This document shows, in pieces, positions 47,086 to 56,365 of a DNA stretch of 64,000 nucleotides (the stretch's first letter is position 1; every line of letters begins with the position of its first letter). The notes beneath the pieces were generated by a model. It was not told the DNA's origin and did not search any database. It was given only the letters and a program-made list of their open reading frames with translations. Source of the stretch: Alphaproteobacteria bacterium (GTDB lineage: Bacteria > Pseudomonadota > Alphaproteobacteria > SHVP01). A program made the translations under genes and the position numbers. Location: positions 76,746-140,745 of the forward strand of contig JAVJOO010000003.1 of assembly GCA_040216735.1 (NCBI GenBank), written 5' to 3'.

Positions 47086-47432
47086 GGTTCTTTAGGCGGT
47101 GGCGGTTCGTCGGGGTCGGCCGCAAGCCCCTCCACGCGTTCGCGCAGCACAAAGAACACGCGGTCGATAAAAGCTTGGCTTTCGGCGTCCAGCTTGGCGC
47201 GTTGCGCCGGGGTGAACGTGAAGCCGTCGATTTCCTTGGCGGTGAAAACCTTCTTCTTCACGGCCAGAGCGTCGTAGGCCGCCAAACGTTCCTTCACCAC
47301 CCAAAGTTCCTGCGCCAGCGCCATGGTGATCGAGACCAACTCGTCGACACCCTCGGCCGAGAAGAACTGCTCCTTTTTTCCGCGAACGCTGTAACGCAGC
47401 GGCTTTTTTTCTGCCGCGCCCGATGGGCTCAT
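47082..47432 (-). CDS. hypothetical protein (116 aa)
   Basis: MSPSGAAEKKPLRYSVRGKKEQFF...; the ATG overlaps the MT3 stop (ATGA) and the stop overlaps the ABM start; the track's TTG start at 47456 is rejected. Confidence 0.5.
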   Translation of the reverse strand: MSPSGAAEKKPLRYSVRGKKEQFFSAEGVDELVSITMALAQELWVVKERLAAYDALAVKKKVFTAKEIDGFTFTPAQRAKLDAESQAFIDRVFFVLRERVEGLAADPDEPPPPKEP

Positions 47433-48622
47433 TTCCAGGCCCCGAAGCAATACCAATGGATGCCCGCGGCAAAGCGCCCGGTCTGATCGTCGGCTTTGCC
47501 GGTCTGCTTCTTGACCGAGTCCTTAACCGCTTTCTCCCCGTATTGACCGAGGCTAGGGATAATGAACTGCACGAACTTGTCCTTGGCGAAGCCGGCACCC
47601 TGCGACACCGCTTCGGGGTCCATGTCGCGGAACGGCTTATAGTAGGGCTCTTTGTTGTAGTAGCTGTCCCAATCCAAATAGAAGCTGTCGTAAGCGCCCA
47701 GCATTTTGTTGGGCGGGAGTTCCATGTGCAGCATCAGTCCGCCGGGCTTGAGCAGCCGGTGGGCTTCCTTGAAGACCTTTTTGATCCCCTTCTTGGGAAC
47801 CTCATGCAGGAACATCGAGGAAAAGATCAAGTCGAAGCTGCCATCCTCGAACGTCGTTTTCTCGGCATTTTGCTGATGGAAATGCACCGGAACGCCGGCG
47901 GACTGGGCGCGGGCGTGGCCGTAACGTACCGCGGGGGCGCTGACATCGACGGCGTGTACTTCTGCCTTCGGATAGATCTTCGCCCACGGCACCGTGTTGT
48001 GCCCGATGGTGCAGCCCATATCCAGGATGCGGAGCGGTGCGAACTTCGGATACTTGTTCTTGATGAATAGCGCGATCGAACTGCCGATGTCGTCGAGGTT
48101 GTCGCCGAAGAACCCCATCGAGAAAACGGAAATACCGTTGTCGTAGACCGCGCCTTGGGTCACGTCGTCGGGGCCGTACTCGGTATCGTAGTTGCCGGGC
48201 ATCCGGTGCACATCGATGGCCGAAACGCTACGCGGCACCTCGAACTTGGGGTCGGTGCTGAGCGTCCCCGCCGCCTTCTTCGAGCGGCTGAGCGATTTTG
48301 CCTTGGCGTTCAACGTGTCTTGGCTGCGTTCCACAGTGGGCAGAATCGAGCGGAACACCATTTCCTGGGCGTTGCACCGCATCGACGAATAGAACTTGAA
48401 GGTCGTGTCCTTCTTGAGTGCGCGATGAACCTCGACGCCGTCCCGCGGGGCCCGCTTGTTCTTGCGTTCGAACTTCGGCGCGACGTCGGTCTCGTAAACC
48501 GTGCGCATGCCGTTTGCCAGGTCGTGCAGCACATACAGCCGCATGCTCGACATAAAGGCTTGCCGGGCGGCCTCCTCCGGGGTCGGGTCGATCTTCAGAC
48601 CGTGGTGCACATATTTTGTCAT
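47429..48622 (-). CDS. two-domain class I SAM-dependent methyltransferase, paralog 3
   Basis: VHRMPGNY, ILDMGCTIGHNT, EVHAVDVSAPAVRYGHARAQSAG, FHQQNAEKTTFEDGSFDLIFSSMFLHEVPKK, RLLKPGGLMLHMELP; ATG 48622 with GAGGAG RBS. Confidence 0.8.
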   Translation of the reverse strand: MTKYVHHGLKIDPTPEEAARQAFMSSMRLYVLHDLANGMRTVYETDVAPKFERKNKRAPRDGVEVHRALKKDTTFKFYSSMRCNAQEMVFRSILPTVERSQDTLNAKAKSLSRSKKAAGTLSTDPKFEVPRSVSAIDVHRMPGNYDTEYGPDDVTQGAVYDNGISVFSMGFFGDNLDDIGSSIALFIKNKYPKFAPLRILDMGCTIGHNTVPWAKIYPKAEVHAVDVSAPAVRYGHARAQSAGVPVHFHQQNAEKTTFEDGSFDLIFSSMFLHEVPKKGIKKVFKEAHRLLKPGGLMLHMELPPNKMLGAYDSFYLDWDSYYNKEPYYKPFRDMDPEAVSQGAGFAKDKFVQFIIPSLGQYGEKAVKDSVKKQTGKADDQTGRFAAGIHWYCFGAWK

Positions 48623-48745
48623 GTTGCATCTCCTCGCAGGCAAACCGGATCGTCGCTCGTTTCAGTATGGGGATTCACACCGGCCTTGAAAAGGAGGCCG
48701 GCAGCCGACAGCGTGTCACAATTGGTAATGGCGCCGCCGATTCGT

Positions 48746-49849
48746 CTAGGAACCGGCGATCTTCCCAATCCGACGATTGACCAGCGGCATCACCTCGTGA
48801 GCCAGAAGCTCCATCGAGCGAAACCATCCCGTCCGTGCCTCGACGTCGGCATAGTCGAAGCCGATCTGCAACAGCACACCAAAGCCGCCGGTCAACTCGT
48901 ATTGCTCCACGATTTGGTCCGCGACGCGGTCCGGTGCACCCACGAACCAGGTTCCGTGGTCCACCAAATAAGCCGCATCCACTGCGGCGTCCGGCGGTGC
49001 GCCCTTGCGGCGGAACATGTCGGCGATGCCCAGCCGCTCGGCGATGACGCTGAAATAGCGATTCCAGAACCGACCGGCGAACCCGTCGACAACGGCGCGG
49101 CGCGCCGCCGCGTCGGTGTCTGCCACATAGATCTCGCGGATTTGCCGCCAGTTGCGCCGTGATGGGGTGCGCCCGCTGCGCGCCGCGCCCTCTTCGATCG
49201 ACGGCCAGTGGACCGAGACATGCTCGGGCGCCACGTTGAAGCTCATCGGGATGTAGCCTTTTTCGCCGGCAATCATCAGCGACCCAGACTTCGGCATGAA
49301 CCCTGCGAAAGCGATGCGCGGTTCGGGCGGCGCGAAAGGTTTGAGATGCCAGTAATAATTGTCGGAGTAGCGCGGGCGGCGGGTCGACCAGAACTGGCCA
49401 TCGAAATCGCCCGGACCGTCCGGCGACCAAGCCTGCAAGATGATCTCAAGTGCTTCGCGCGAACGGGCGCCGTTCTCGCCCTTGGCGAAATCCAGTCCGT
49501 AGAGTTGCCCGTCGGTGACGGTCCCGCCTGCACCGAAGCCGAACATCAAGCGTCCACGGGCCATGTGATCGAGTTGAATCAGTTCGGCGGCGAGGCGCAA
49601 CGGATGCTGCTGATAGAGGACTTCGACGCCGGTTCCCAGCCGGATGTTTTTCGTCCGCGCGATCGATGCGGCGATGATCTGTTGGGGCGACGGCAACGGT
49701 TCCCAGGGGGTGGTGATGTGCTGCCCAACCCATGCTTCGGCGTAACCCAACGCATCGGCGCGTTGGATAACCTCGGTATTCCAGTCGATGACGTCCGCCA
49801 GCGGTCGCGACGGATCGCTTGCCGGCATGAGAAAGAGACCAAGTTCCAT
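48746..49849 (-). CDS. LLM-class flavin-dependent oxidoreductase (luciferase-like monooxygenase)
   Basis: MELGLFLMPASDP..., typical LLM layout; upstream of MT3 on the same strand. Confidence 0.85.
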   Translation of the reverse strand: MELGLFLMPASDPSRPLADVIDWNTEVIQRADALGYAEAWVGQHITTPWEPLPSPQQIIAASIARTKNIRLGTGVEVLYQQHPLRLAAELIQLDHMARGRLMFGFGAGGTVTDGQLYGLDFAKGENGARSREALEIILQAWSPDGPGDFDGQFWSTRRPRYSDNYYWHLKPFAPPEPRIAFAGFMPKSGSLMIAGEKGYIPMSFNVAPEHVSVHWPSIEEGAARSGRTPSRRNWRQIREIYVADTDAAARRAVVDGFAGRFWNRYFSVIAERLGIADMFRRKGAPPDAAVDAAYLVDHGTWFVGAPDRVADQIVEQYELTGGFGVLLQIGFDYADVEARTGWFRSMELLAHEVMPLVNRRIGKIAGS

Positions 49850-49899
49850 ACCCCACCCTAAACCAGCCGCCCCCAGAACGGGAGGCGGCGTGCCGTGGT

Positions 49900-50808
49900 T
49901 CAGCGGGGGAGGTGTCCGGGCCGGATCCTGCTGGGCTGCGTGCGGGCGTTTCGGTTGGGTTGTTCGAATCCGTCCGCCGCCATGGCTTGTAACCGCTCGA
50001 TCCGGTTTGCTGTCGAAGGATGGGTGGAGAACAGGCTATCGCGTTTGTGGGCGTGCAAAGGATTGACGATGAACAAGTGCGCGGTGGCGGGATTGTTTTC
50101 TGCCGGGACGTTGTCGATCCGCTGCGCCCCGGTCGAAATCTTATCTAGCGCTGTCGCAAGCCACAGGGGATTGCCGGCGATTGCCGCACCGACCCGATCG
50201 GCTTCGTACTCGCGGCTGCGGCTGATCGCCATTTGTACGACCATCGCGGCGAGCGGTGCCAGAATCATTATGGCGATGGTGCCGACCAGTCCAAGGGGAC
50301 TGTCACGCCGCCCACCGAAAAACAGGGCAAAATTCGCCAACATACTGATCGCGCCGGCAAGTGTGGCGGTGATCGTCATGATCAGGGTGTCGCGACTTTT
50401 TACATGGGCCAATTCGTGCCCGATCACCCCGGCGAGTTCCGCATCGTCCAGCCGCTGCATCAAGCCCGTTGTCACTGCAACTGCGGCGTGTTCGGGGCTG
50501 CGCCCGGTGGCGAACGCATTGGGCTGCGCGTTGTCCATGATATAGACGCGAGGCATCGGTAGGTCGCCGCGCTCGGCTAGCCTGGCGACCATGTCATAGA
50601 GTTTAGGCTGGGTGTCGCGGGTAACCTCGCGCGCACCGTATTGACGCAGCACGATCGCACCCGAGTTCCAGTAGGCGAAGGCGTTCATGCCCATTGCCAG
50701 GACGAAGGCGATCAAGAGGCCGCCTTGTCCGCCGATTAGAAATCCGGCCGCCAGAAACAACCCGGTCATCCCGGCGAGGAGTAACGCCGTTTTTGCGTAT
50801 CCGCTCAT
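49900..50808 (-). CDS. htpX: zinc metalloprotease HtpX (M48 family)
   Basis: HELAHV zinc motif, 4 TM segments, EYEADR third ligand; ATG 50808. Confidence 0.85.
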   Translation of the reverse strand: MSGYAKTALLLAGMTGLFLAAGFLIGGQGGLLIAFVLAMGMNAFAYWNSGAIVLRQYGAREVTRDTQPKLYDMVARLAERGDLPMPRVYIMDNAQPNAFATGRSPEHAAVAVTTGLMQRLDDAELAGVIGHELAHVKSRDTLIMTITATLAGAISMLANFALFFGGRRDSPLGLVGTIAIMILAPLAAMVVQMAISRSREYEADRVGAAIAGNPLWLATALDKISTGAQRIDNVPAENNPATAHLFIVNPLHAHKRDSLFSTHPSTANRIERLQAMAADGFEQPNRNARTQPSRIRPGHLPR

Positions 50809-50854
50809 GCTAGTCGCCTGTTCATCGTGGTTCTTGTCGGCCAGACCCACCAAG

Positions 50855-50882
50855 AAATGGGAAGGTCGTTTGGCGTTTCAAG
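50855..50882 (-). promoter_or_regulatory. sigma-32 (RpoH)-type heat-shock promoter upstream of htpX
   Basis: Minus-strand CTTGAAA-13nt-TCCCATTT matches the consensus CTTGAAA-N13-15-CCCCATnT; it lies about 45-75 nt upstream of the htpX ATG; coordinates are good to about 2 nt. Confidence 0.4.
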
Positions 50883-51000
50883 CGTCGGGCATTGGGAATC
50901 GCGGCGCGGGCGCGCCGGCTTCGTGGGCTTGCATCCGGTGCCGACTGACCATAGGGAAGGGGGGCGCGCCTGGAGGCGCCCCGTTTCCGCGAGGCTAACG

Positions 51001-51213
51001 ATGAGCACCGGTCGACCGCGTTTCAACATCTGGCTTAACGTCTTCATTCTGCTTGGCATTGTCGCCGTGGCCGTCGTGCAAGCCCGCGGGGTTCTGCCCG
51101 AGGACAACGTCGTGGTGACCGGCATCGCCTACTTTGCCGGCGGTGCCATCGGCGCGCTCGTCTATGCGGGGCTTAGCGACCTGCGCGACCGCTTGGTCTC
51201 GCGTGGCAAGTAG
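51001..51213 (+). CDS. small membrane protein (70 aa, 2 TM)
   Basis: MSTGRPRFNIWLNVFILLGIVAVAVVQARG...GIAYFAGGAIGALVYAGL; RBS GAGG. Confidence 0.4.
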   Translation: MSTGRPRFNIWLNVFILLGIVAVAVVQARGVLPEDNVVVTGIAYFAGGAIGALVYAGLSDLRDRLVSRGK

Positions 51214-51216
51214 CCG

Positions 51217-52920
51217 CTAACTTTCCAGGAACTCCCGGACGACAGCGGCGATGTCGGCGGTGCGGGTATCGAGCATGCCATGGCCAAATCCCGGCAGGTC
51301 GTGGACCCGGCCCTTCTGGATCAAATCCGCCGCCCGCTTGGATTGCTCATAGAGATCGTCTTCTGGATTGAGCACCAGCACCGGACAATTGACCTGTTTG
51401 AGCCGCTTTGCCATCGGGTAGTTGAAGGCCGCCCGGTGGCCCCATGAATAGGCCGGGCCCCAGCGCAGGGTCTCGTTGAAGGCCTCGGCATAGTTCGTGA
51501 TGGGCTGATCCGGCCCTAGCCACGGCCAAAAGAACTGCCAACGCTCGACGTTGTGCATACCGTCTTCGCCGAACGTGACGGGCGTGTAGCGCGCGCGAAA
51601 GTCGGCGAGCTCTTCGTCGCTGAACAGGGGCGCAGAGTACATGACGATGTGCTTCACCATCTTGCCCATCTTGTGCCAAAGCTCGGTCGCAACTTCGCTG
51701 CCGGTGTGAAAACCGAACAGGTCGACCTCATCGAAGCCCTGTTTCATGATGAAATCGGTCATGACATCGGCGAAGTCGGCGATCTCGACCGGCTCGGGCG
51801 GCGGCTCGCTCTCACCGAAACCCGGCGTATCGGGCGCCAGCACGATGCGATCCGACCCGATCGACTTCATGAAATTCACATAGGCCCTACCCGACCGCGG
51901 ACTGGCATGCAGGCAGATCAGGGGACGCGCGGTTTGCTCGGCTTCGGGCGGGCGGATGCTGCGATAGTGCAGTTGGCCCCACCGACTATCGGCAAAGGCG
52001 CGGCGCACGAATGTCGCGCTGGTCGCGGGCGAAGCGATAGTTCTTTTGCCCGCCCCATCCGGATTCACAACCGTCTCCTCGACATCGTCGCTGTCCAAGA
52101 AGTCGCGCGCGATCTGCGCGATTTCGTCGGGATGCAGGTCCAACATGCCGTGGCCGAACTTTTCCTTGGGTAGCTCGAGGATGCGTCCGTTTTGCATCAA
52201 CGGCGCGGCCCGTCGCGTCTGTTCGACGAGGTCGTCCTCGGTGTTGAGAACGAGGATCGGCTGGCTCACCTCCCGCAGCGCCTTGCCGAAGGGGTAGTTG
52301 AAGGCCGCAGCGTGGCCCCATTCGTATTTCTCCCCGGCGCGCAGCGACTCCGACAGTTCGCGTTGAATCAGGTCGGGGCCGACGCCCGGTCCGCGCCAAT
52401 GCCAATGCATGTCCCAGCGCGTCTTTAGGTGCGCGCCCTCGGGCGACAGCGGGACGCCCTTGTACTCGGCGCGAAACGTCTCGAGTTCGTCGTCGGTAAA
52501 GACAGGCGCGGAAATCAGGATCAATTTGCGGACTTGGTCGGGCCGCTGGCGCGCGAGTTCGACCGCCACCTCCGAACCCGTGTGCATGCCCATCGCATCG
52601 ACCTTCGCGATCCCGAGCGAATCGAGCAGCTCGCCCATGCAAGCCGCGAAATCGCCGATTTCTTTCGGGGCTGGGGGCGGGGTGCTTTCGCCAAAGCCAA
52701 TCGAATCGGGTGCGATCGCAACCCGGTCCACGCCCATCCGTTGCAGGAATTGGCCGTACATCCGGCCCGACCCAGGACTCAGATGAAAACAGATCAGTGG
52801 TACTTGGGTCGGGGTCGCGGGACGGGCAATGCGGTAGTGAATTTGGCCAAACCGGCCGTCGGCGAAAGCGCGCCGCACGCCTTCCGGCGTTCGCCAATAA
52901 ATCATCGAATCATCGGTCAT
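51217..52920 (-). CDS. double alpha/beta-hydrolase-fold protein, paralog 3
   Basis: Both domains: GRFGQ(I/L)HYR, LIC(F/L)H(L/A)SP(G/R)SGR, APD(S/T)(I/P)GFGES, elbow G(M/F)HTGSEVA, acid loop NTEDDL/NPEDDL, His loop FGHGMLD. Confidence 0.8.
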   Translation of the reverse strand: MTDDSMIYWRTPEGVRRAFADGRFGQIHYRIARPATPTQVPLICFHLSPGSGRMYGQFLQRMGVDRVAIAPDSIGFGESTPPPAPKEIGDFAACMGELLDSLGIAKVDAMGMHTGSEVAVELARQRPDQVRKLILISAPVFTDDELETFRAEYKGVPLSPEGAHLKTRWDMHWHWRGPGVGPDLIQRELSESLRAGEKYEWGHAAAFNYPFGKALREVSQPILVLNTEDDLVEQTRRAAPLMQNGRILELPKEKFGHGMLDLHPDEIAQIARDFLDSDDVEETVVNPDGAGKRTIASPATSATFVRRAFADSRWGQLHYRSIRPPEAEQTARPLICLHASPRSGRAYVNFMKSIGSDRIVLAPDTPGFGESEPPPEPVEIADFADVMTDFIMKQGFDEVDLFGFHTGSEVATELWHKMGKMVKHIVMYSAPLFSDEELADFRARYTPVTFGEDGMHNVERWQFFWPWLGPDQPITNYAEAFNETLRWGPAYSWGHRAAFNYPMAKRLKQVNCPVLVLNPEDDLYEQSKRAADLIQKGRVHDLPGFGHGMLDTRTADIAAVVREFLES

Positions 52921-52924
52921 GGCG

Positions 52925-54637
52925 CTACACCGACCGCGCGTCGAGGAAGTCGCGCAGCATCGCGGCGACCTCGGTCGTCATGGTGTCGATAAAGCCATGC
53001 CCACGGTCCTTGATCTCGACCATTCGCCCGTTTTGCATCAGCGGCAACCCGCGCGGCGTTTGTTCGACTAGGTCGTCGTTCGGGTTGATCACAAGAATAG
53101 GCTGGGTCACTTTCGGCAGCGTCTTGCGTAAATCGTAGTTAAACGCGGCACGATGGCCCCAATGGGCGATCGGCCCGCCGCGCAATCCTTCCGCAAAGTT
53201 CCGGGCCAAAACCTCCCTAGGCACCTTGGGGCCGTAGAAGGGCAGCATGTGCGTCCACTTGGCGACCAAGTGCGCGCCGTCGTCGCTGATCGGGCGGCCG
53301 GCGTAGTTCTTGCGCAAATGGTCGAGTTCCTCGTCGGTGAACACTGGGCACGAGATCTGGACGATTCGGCGCACCAAGTCGGGCCGTTGCAGCGCGAGTT
53401 CGATGCAGGTTTCCGAACCGGTATGGTAGCCCATCACGTCGATCTGCTTGAGCCCGAGCGTATCGGCGACATGCGCAGCGGTGCGGGCGTAGTCGGCGAT
53501 CTCGGGCGGGGCGGCGGGCGGATCGGACTCGCCGAACCCCGGCATGTCCGGGGCGAGCGCCGTGCGGTCGCGCCCCATTGCCTCTAGGATTGCCTCATAA
53601 ATTCGGCCCGAATTCGGGCTCATGTGCAGGCACATCAACGGCGTGTGCGCGCTCGTCGGCGGCGCCGCGATGCGGTAGTGGACCTGACCGTGGGGGCCGT
53701 CCATGAACCCGCGCCGCAGCGGACGTGCGATTGCGGCCGGCGGGGGCGGTGTCGGGCGCGCCTTGGTCGCGCCGTTATCGTCGGCGGGCCCATCGAGGAA
53801 GTCGCGCACCACTTTGGCAACCTCGGCGGTGTGTACATCGAGCATCCCGTGCGAATAATCCGGTAACTCGTGCACGCGGCCGTTCTGAACATAGTCCGTC
53901 GCGCGCAGGGTCGGCTCGCGCAGGTCGTCGTTCGGGCACAACACCAAGATCGGTTGCTTCACGTTGGGCAGGTTGTCGGCGTGCTGCAATCGGAACGCAG
54001 CATGGTGTCCCCACCATGCTTTGTTGCCGCCGCGCAGCGCCTCGGTGACCTCGCGGTGGACGAAGATCGTCGGGGCCGCCTTGTCCTTCCAGCGGAAGTG
54101 CCCATCCCATTTGCGTTGCAGATGGCTGCCGTCCTCGGTGGTTTCGTCGGCGGCGGGCGTGCCCATCGTCCGGTACTGAACCTCCAGCTCCTCGGCGGAG
54201 TAGATCGGCGCGGAGACCAAAACGATGCGGCGGATTTGCTTGGGCCGTTGCTGGGCGATTTCGACGCAGGTCCGCGATCCCGTGTGATACCCCATGACAT
54301 CGACTTGGTCGAAACCGAGTTCGTCGATCAACTCGCCCATTGCCGCAGCGTAATCGGCGATTTCGGGCGGGTTTTGCGGCGGGTCGGATTCGCCGAAGCC
54401 GGGCGTGTCGGGCGCCACCGCGACCCTGTCCTTGGCCATTTCGGCGAGCCACAGCGCATAGACCCGGCCCGAATTGGGACTGAGATGGAAGCAAATCAGC
54501 GGCGTCTTGTCGCTGCCGCCCGCGGGCCGCGCGATCCGATAATGGATCTGTCCGAATCGGCCGTCGGCATAGGCGCGTTGGACGCCGGCCGGTGTGCGCC
54601 AAAAGCGCATCTCTGCCGCAATCGTGGATTCGGACAT
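52925..54637 (-). CDS. double alpha/beta-hydrolase-fold protein, paralog 4
   Basis: Both domains: LICFHLSPNSGR / LMCLHMSPNSGR, APDTPGFGESD / APDMPGFGESD, elbow GYHTGSRTC / GYHTGSETC, CPNDDL / NPNDDL, YSHGMLD / RGHGFID. Confidence 0.8.
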   Translation of the reverse strand: MSESTIAAEMRFWRTPAGVQRAYADGRFGQIHYRIARPAGGSDKTPLICFHLSPNSGRVYALWLAEMAKDRVAVAPDTPGFGESDPPQNPPEIADYAAAMGELIDELGFDQVDVMGYHTGSRTCVEIAQQRPKQIRRIVLVSAPIYSAEELEVQYRTMGTPAADETTEDGSHLQRKWDGHFRWKDKAAPTIFVHREVTEALRGGNKAWWGHHAAFRLQHADNLPNVKQPILVLCPNDDLREPTLRATDYVQNGRVHELPDYSHGMLDVHTAEVAKVVRDFLDGPADDNGATKARPTPPPPAAIARPLRRGFMDGPHGQVHYRIAAPPTSAHTPLMCLHMSPNSGRIYEAILEAMGRDRTALAPDMPGFGESDPPAAPPEIADYARTAAHVADTLGLKQIDVMGYHTGSETCIELALQRPDLVRRIVQISCPVFTDEELDHLRKNYAGRPISDDGAHLVAKWTHMLPFYGPKVPREVLARNFAEGLRGGPIAHWGHRAAFNYDLRKTLPKVTQPILVINPNDDLVEQTPRGLPLMQNGRMVEIKDRGHGFIDTMTTEVAAMLRDFLDARSV

Positions 54638-54744
54638 GCCCTGTCTCCCCTTTGCGCCTATTTGGCCCGAACGATTGGCCGTCGCGCAAGACTAAGCCGT
54701 TCGGGCGGCACGAAACCCGCAGAATTGCTGGAATTGTCGAAGGA

Positions 54745-55575
54745 CTAGTTGTCTTCGACGCTTTGGAAGCTGATCCCTTCGAAGGCGTCTTCCATGTCAG
54801 ATGCCCCCGCGATCTCCTCTTGCGGAAACATCAGGCCGGCCGCTTCAAAGCCGCCATCGACGTTGAGCACGTGTCCGGTCGTGTAGGCCGCATCGTCGCA
54901 GGCGAGGAACAACGCTGCGGACCCAATTGCCTCGAGCGACCCATAGCGCCGCATCGGGATGCGGCTCAGGTAACCTTCAACCGTTCCCGGGCTATGGTTG
55001 GTGATCGCCGTTTCCACCGGGCCCGGTGCAATCGCGTTGACCCGGATGTTCTTCTCGGCGAATTCGACCGCCATGATTTTCGTCAGTTGGATAATCCCCG
55101 CCTTCGATACACCATAGGCGCTGCGCCCCGTCGCGCCGCGTTGGCCTGAAATCGAGGCGATATTGACGATCGCGCCGCCACCGGCCTGTTCCATCATCGG
55201 CACGGCGGCCTTGGAGCACAGAAACGTCCCGGTCAGATTGGTGCGCAGTACTTGCTCCCATTCCATCAACGACTGATCCATCACCAGACGGTTCGGCGCG
55301 ATCCCGGCGTTGTTGATCAGAATGTCGAGTCTGCCGAAACGTTCCTGCGTCTTAGCGAACGCTTCAGTTACGGACTCAGGATTGCCGATGTCCGCGAACA
55401 TGCCCAAGGCCTCGACGCCGGTGCCGCGGATTTCCTCGGCCGATTCCTCGACGATATCGGCGAGCAGATCGCACACGACGATTGACGCGCCCTCGCGCGC
55501 CATTGCCAACGCCGCTGCGCGGCCCAACCCGCGCGCGCCGCCGGTTACCAACGCCGTTTTACCCGACAACTTCAT
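54745..55575 (-). CDS. SDR-family oxidoreductase
   Basis: TGGARGLGRA cofactor motif, NNAG, catalytic YGVSK; ATG 55575 (MKLSGKTALV). The track N-terminal extension is rejected. Confidence 0.85.
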   Translation of the reverse strand: MKLSGKTALVTGGARGLGRAAALAMAREGASIVVCDLLADIVEESAEEIRGTGVEALGMFADIGNPESVTEAFAKTQERFGRLDILINNAGIAPNRLVMDQSLMEWEQVLRTNLTGTFLCSKAAVPMMEQAGGGAIVNIASISGQRGATGRSAYGVSKAGIIQLTKIMAVEFAEKNIRVNAIAPGPVETAITNHSPGTVEGYLSRIPMRRYGSLEAIGSAALFLACDDAAYTTGHVLNVDGGFEAAGLMFPQEEIAGASDMEDAFEGISFQSVEDN

Positions 55576-55690
55576 GCCAAACCTCAGATTGATGCACTCA
55601 ACTACTTGCGCTACTTTGAAAAGTATTGCCGAAGAATTACCCGAATGAACGCGGGTTGCGAGAAAAAAAACGCTAGCCGGGGACGCGACG

Positions 55691-56359
55691 ATGGATTGGA
55701 CGACGTTCTTTATCTTTCTGCACATCTTGTTGATGGCCTTTTGGCTGGGTGCCGACATGGGCACCTACTACGCGGCAATCTTGATCCTCAATCGCGACTA
55801 CACCCCGCCGCAGCGCGCCGTGTTGGCTCGGATTCTCCAAGGTGTCGACATCTTCCCGCGCCTGGCGATGACCCTCATGGTCCCGACGGGCATGACCATT
55901 GCCCATAACAACGGTTGGGCACCCATCGGGATGCCCTGGCTTGTTCTCATATGGGTTGTCGGCATCGCTTGGGGCTGGATGGTGTGGAACGTCCACCGGC
56001 CGACCGCGCCAGCCTGGGGCAAGAAACTGCAGCGCGTCGAGGACATCTGGAACTATGTACTGCTCGCCGTTGTCGTCCTGGCGCTCATCGTCTCGTTCAG
56101 TGCTGGCGATCTGTTCCCGGAGAACTGGCTGCGCCTGAAGGTCGCCCTCTACGGGTTGACGATCGTGATCTTGATCGTCGTCAACTTCATGTTCAAACCG
56201 TTCGGACCGGCCTTTGGCCGCCTTCTCACCGAAGGCTCAACACCTGAGGTCGAAGACACGATCGCGACTCTCATCAACCGCGGCAAGCCGTGGATTTGGT
56301 CGATTTGGGCAATCGTTGTCGTCAACACCGCACTGGGGCTGTTCCAGCCGGGCTTCTAG
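55691..56359 (+). CDS. integral membrane protein (about 6 TM), unknown function
   Basis: MDWTTFFIFLHILLMAFWLGADMGTYYAAILIL..., multiple hydrophobic segments. Confidence 0.65.
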   Translation: MDWTTFFIFLHILLMAFWLGADMGTYYAAILILNRDYTPPQRAVLARILQGVDIFPRLAMTLMVPTGMTIAHNNGWAPIGMPWLVLIWVVGIAWGWMVWNVHRPTAPAWGKKLQRVEDIWNYVLLAVVVLALIVSFSAGDLFPENWLRLKVALYGLTIVILIVVNFMFKPFGPAFGRLLTEGSTPEVEDTIATLINRGKPWIWSIWAIVVVNTALGLFQPGF

Positions 56360-56365
56360 CGCGCC

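Noticed and set aside
49950-49985. GTTCGAATCC tRNA T-loop-like motif
   Set aside because: Flanking bases cannot form a T-stem or acceptor stem; it lies inside the htpX coding frame. No tRNA or rRNA signatures found elsewhere.
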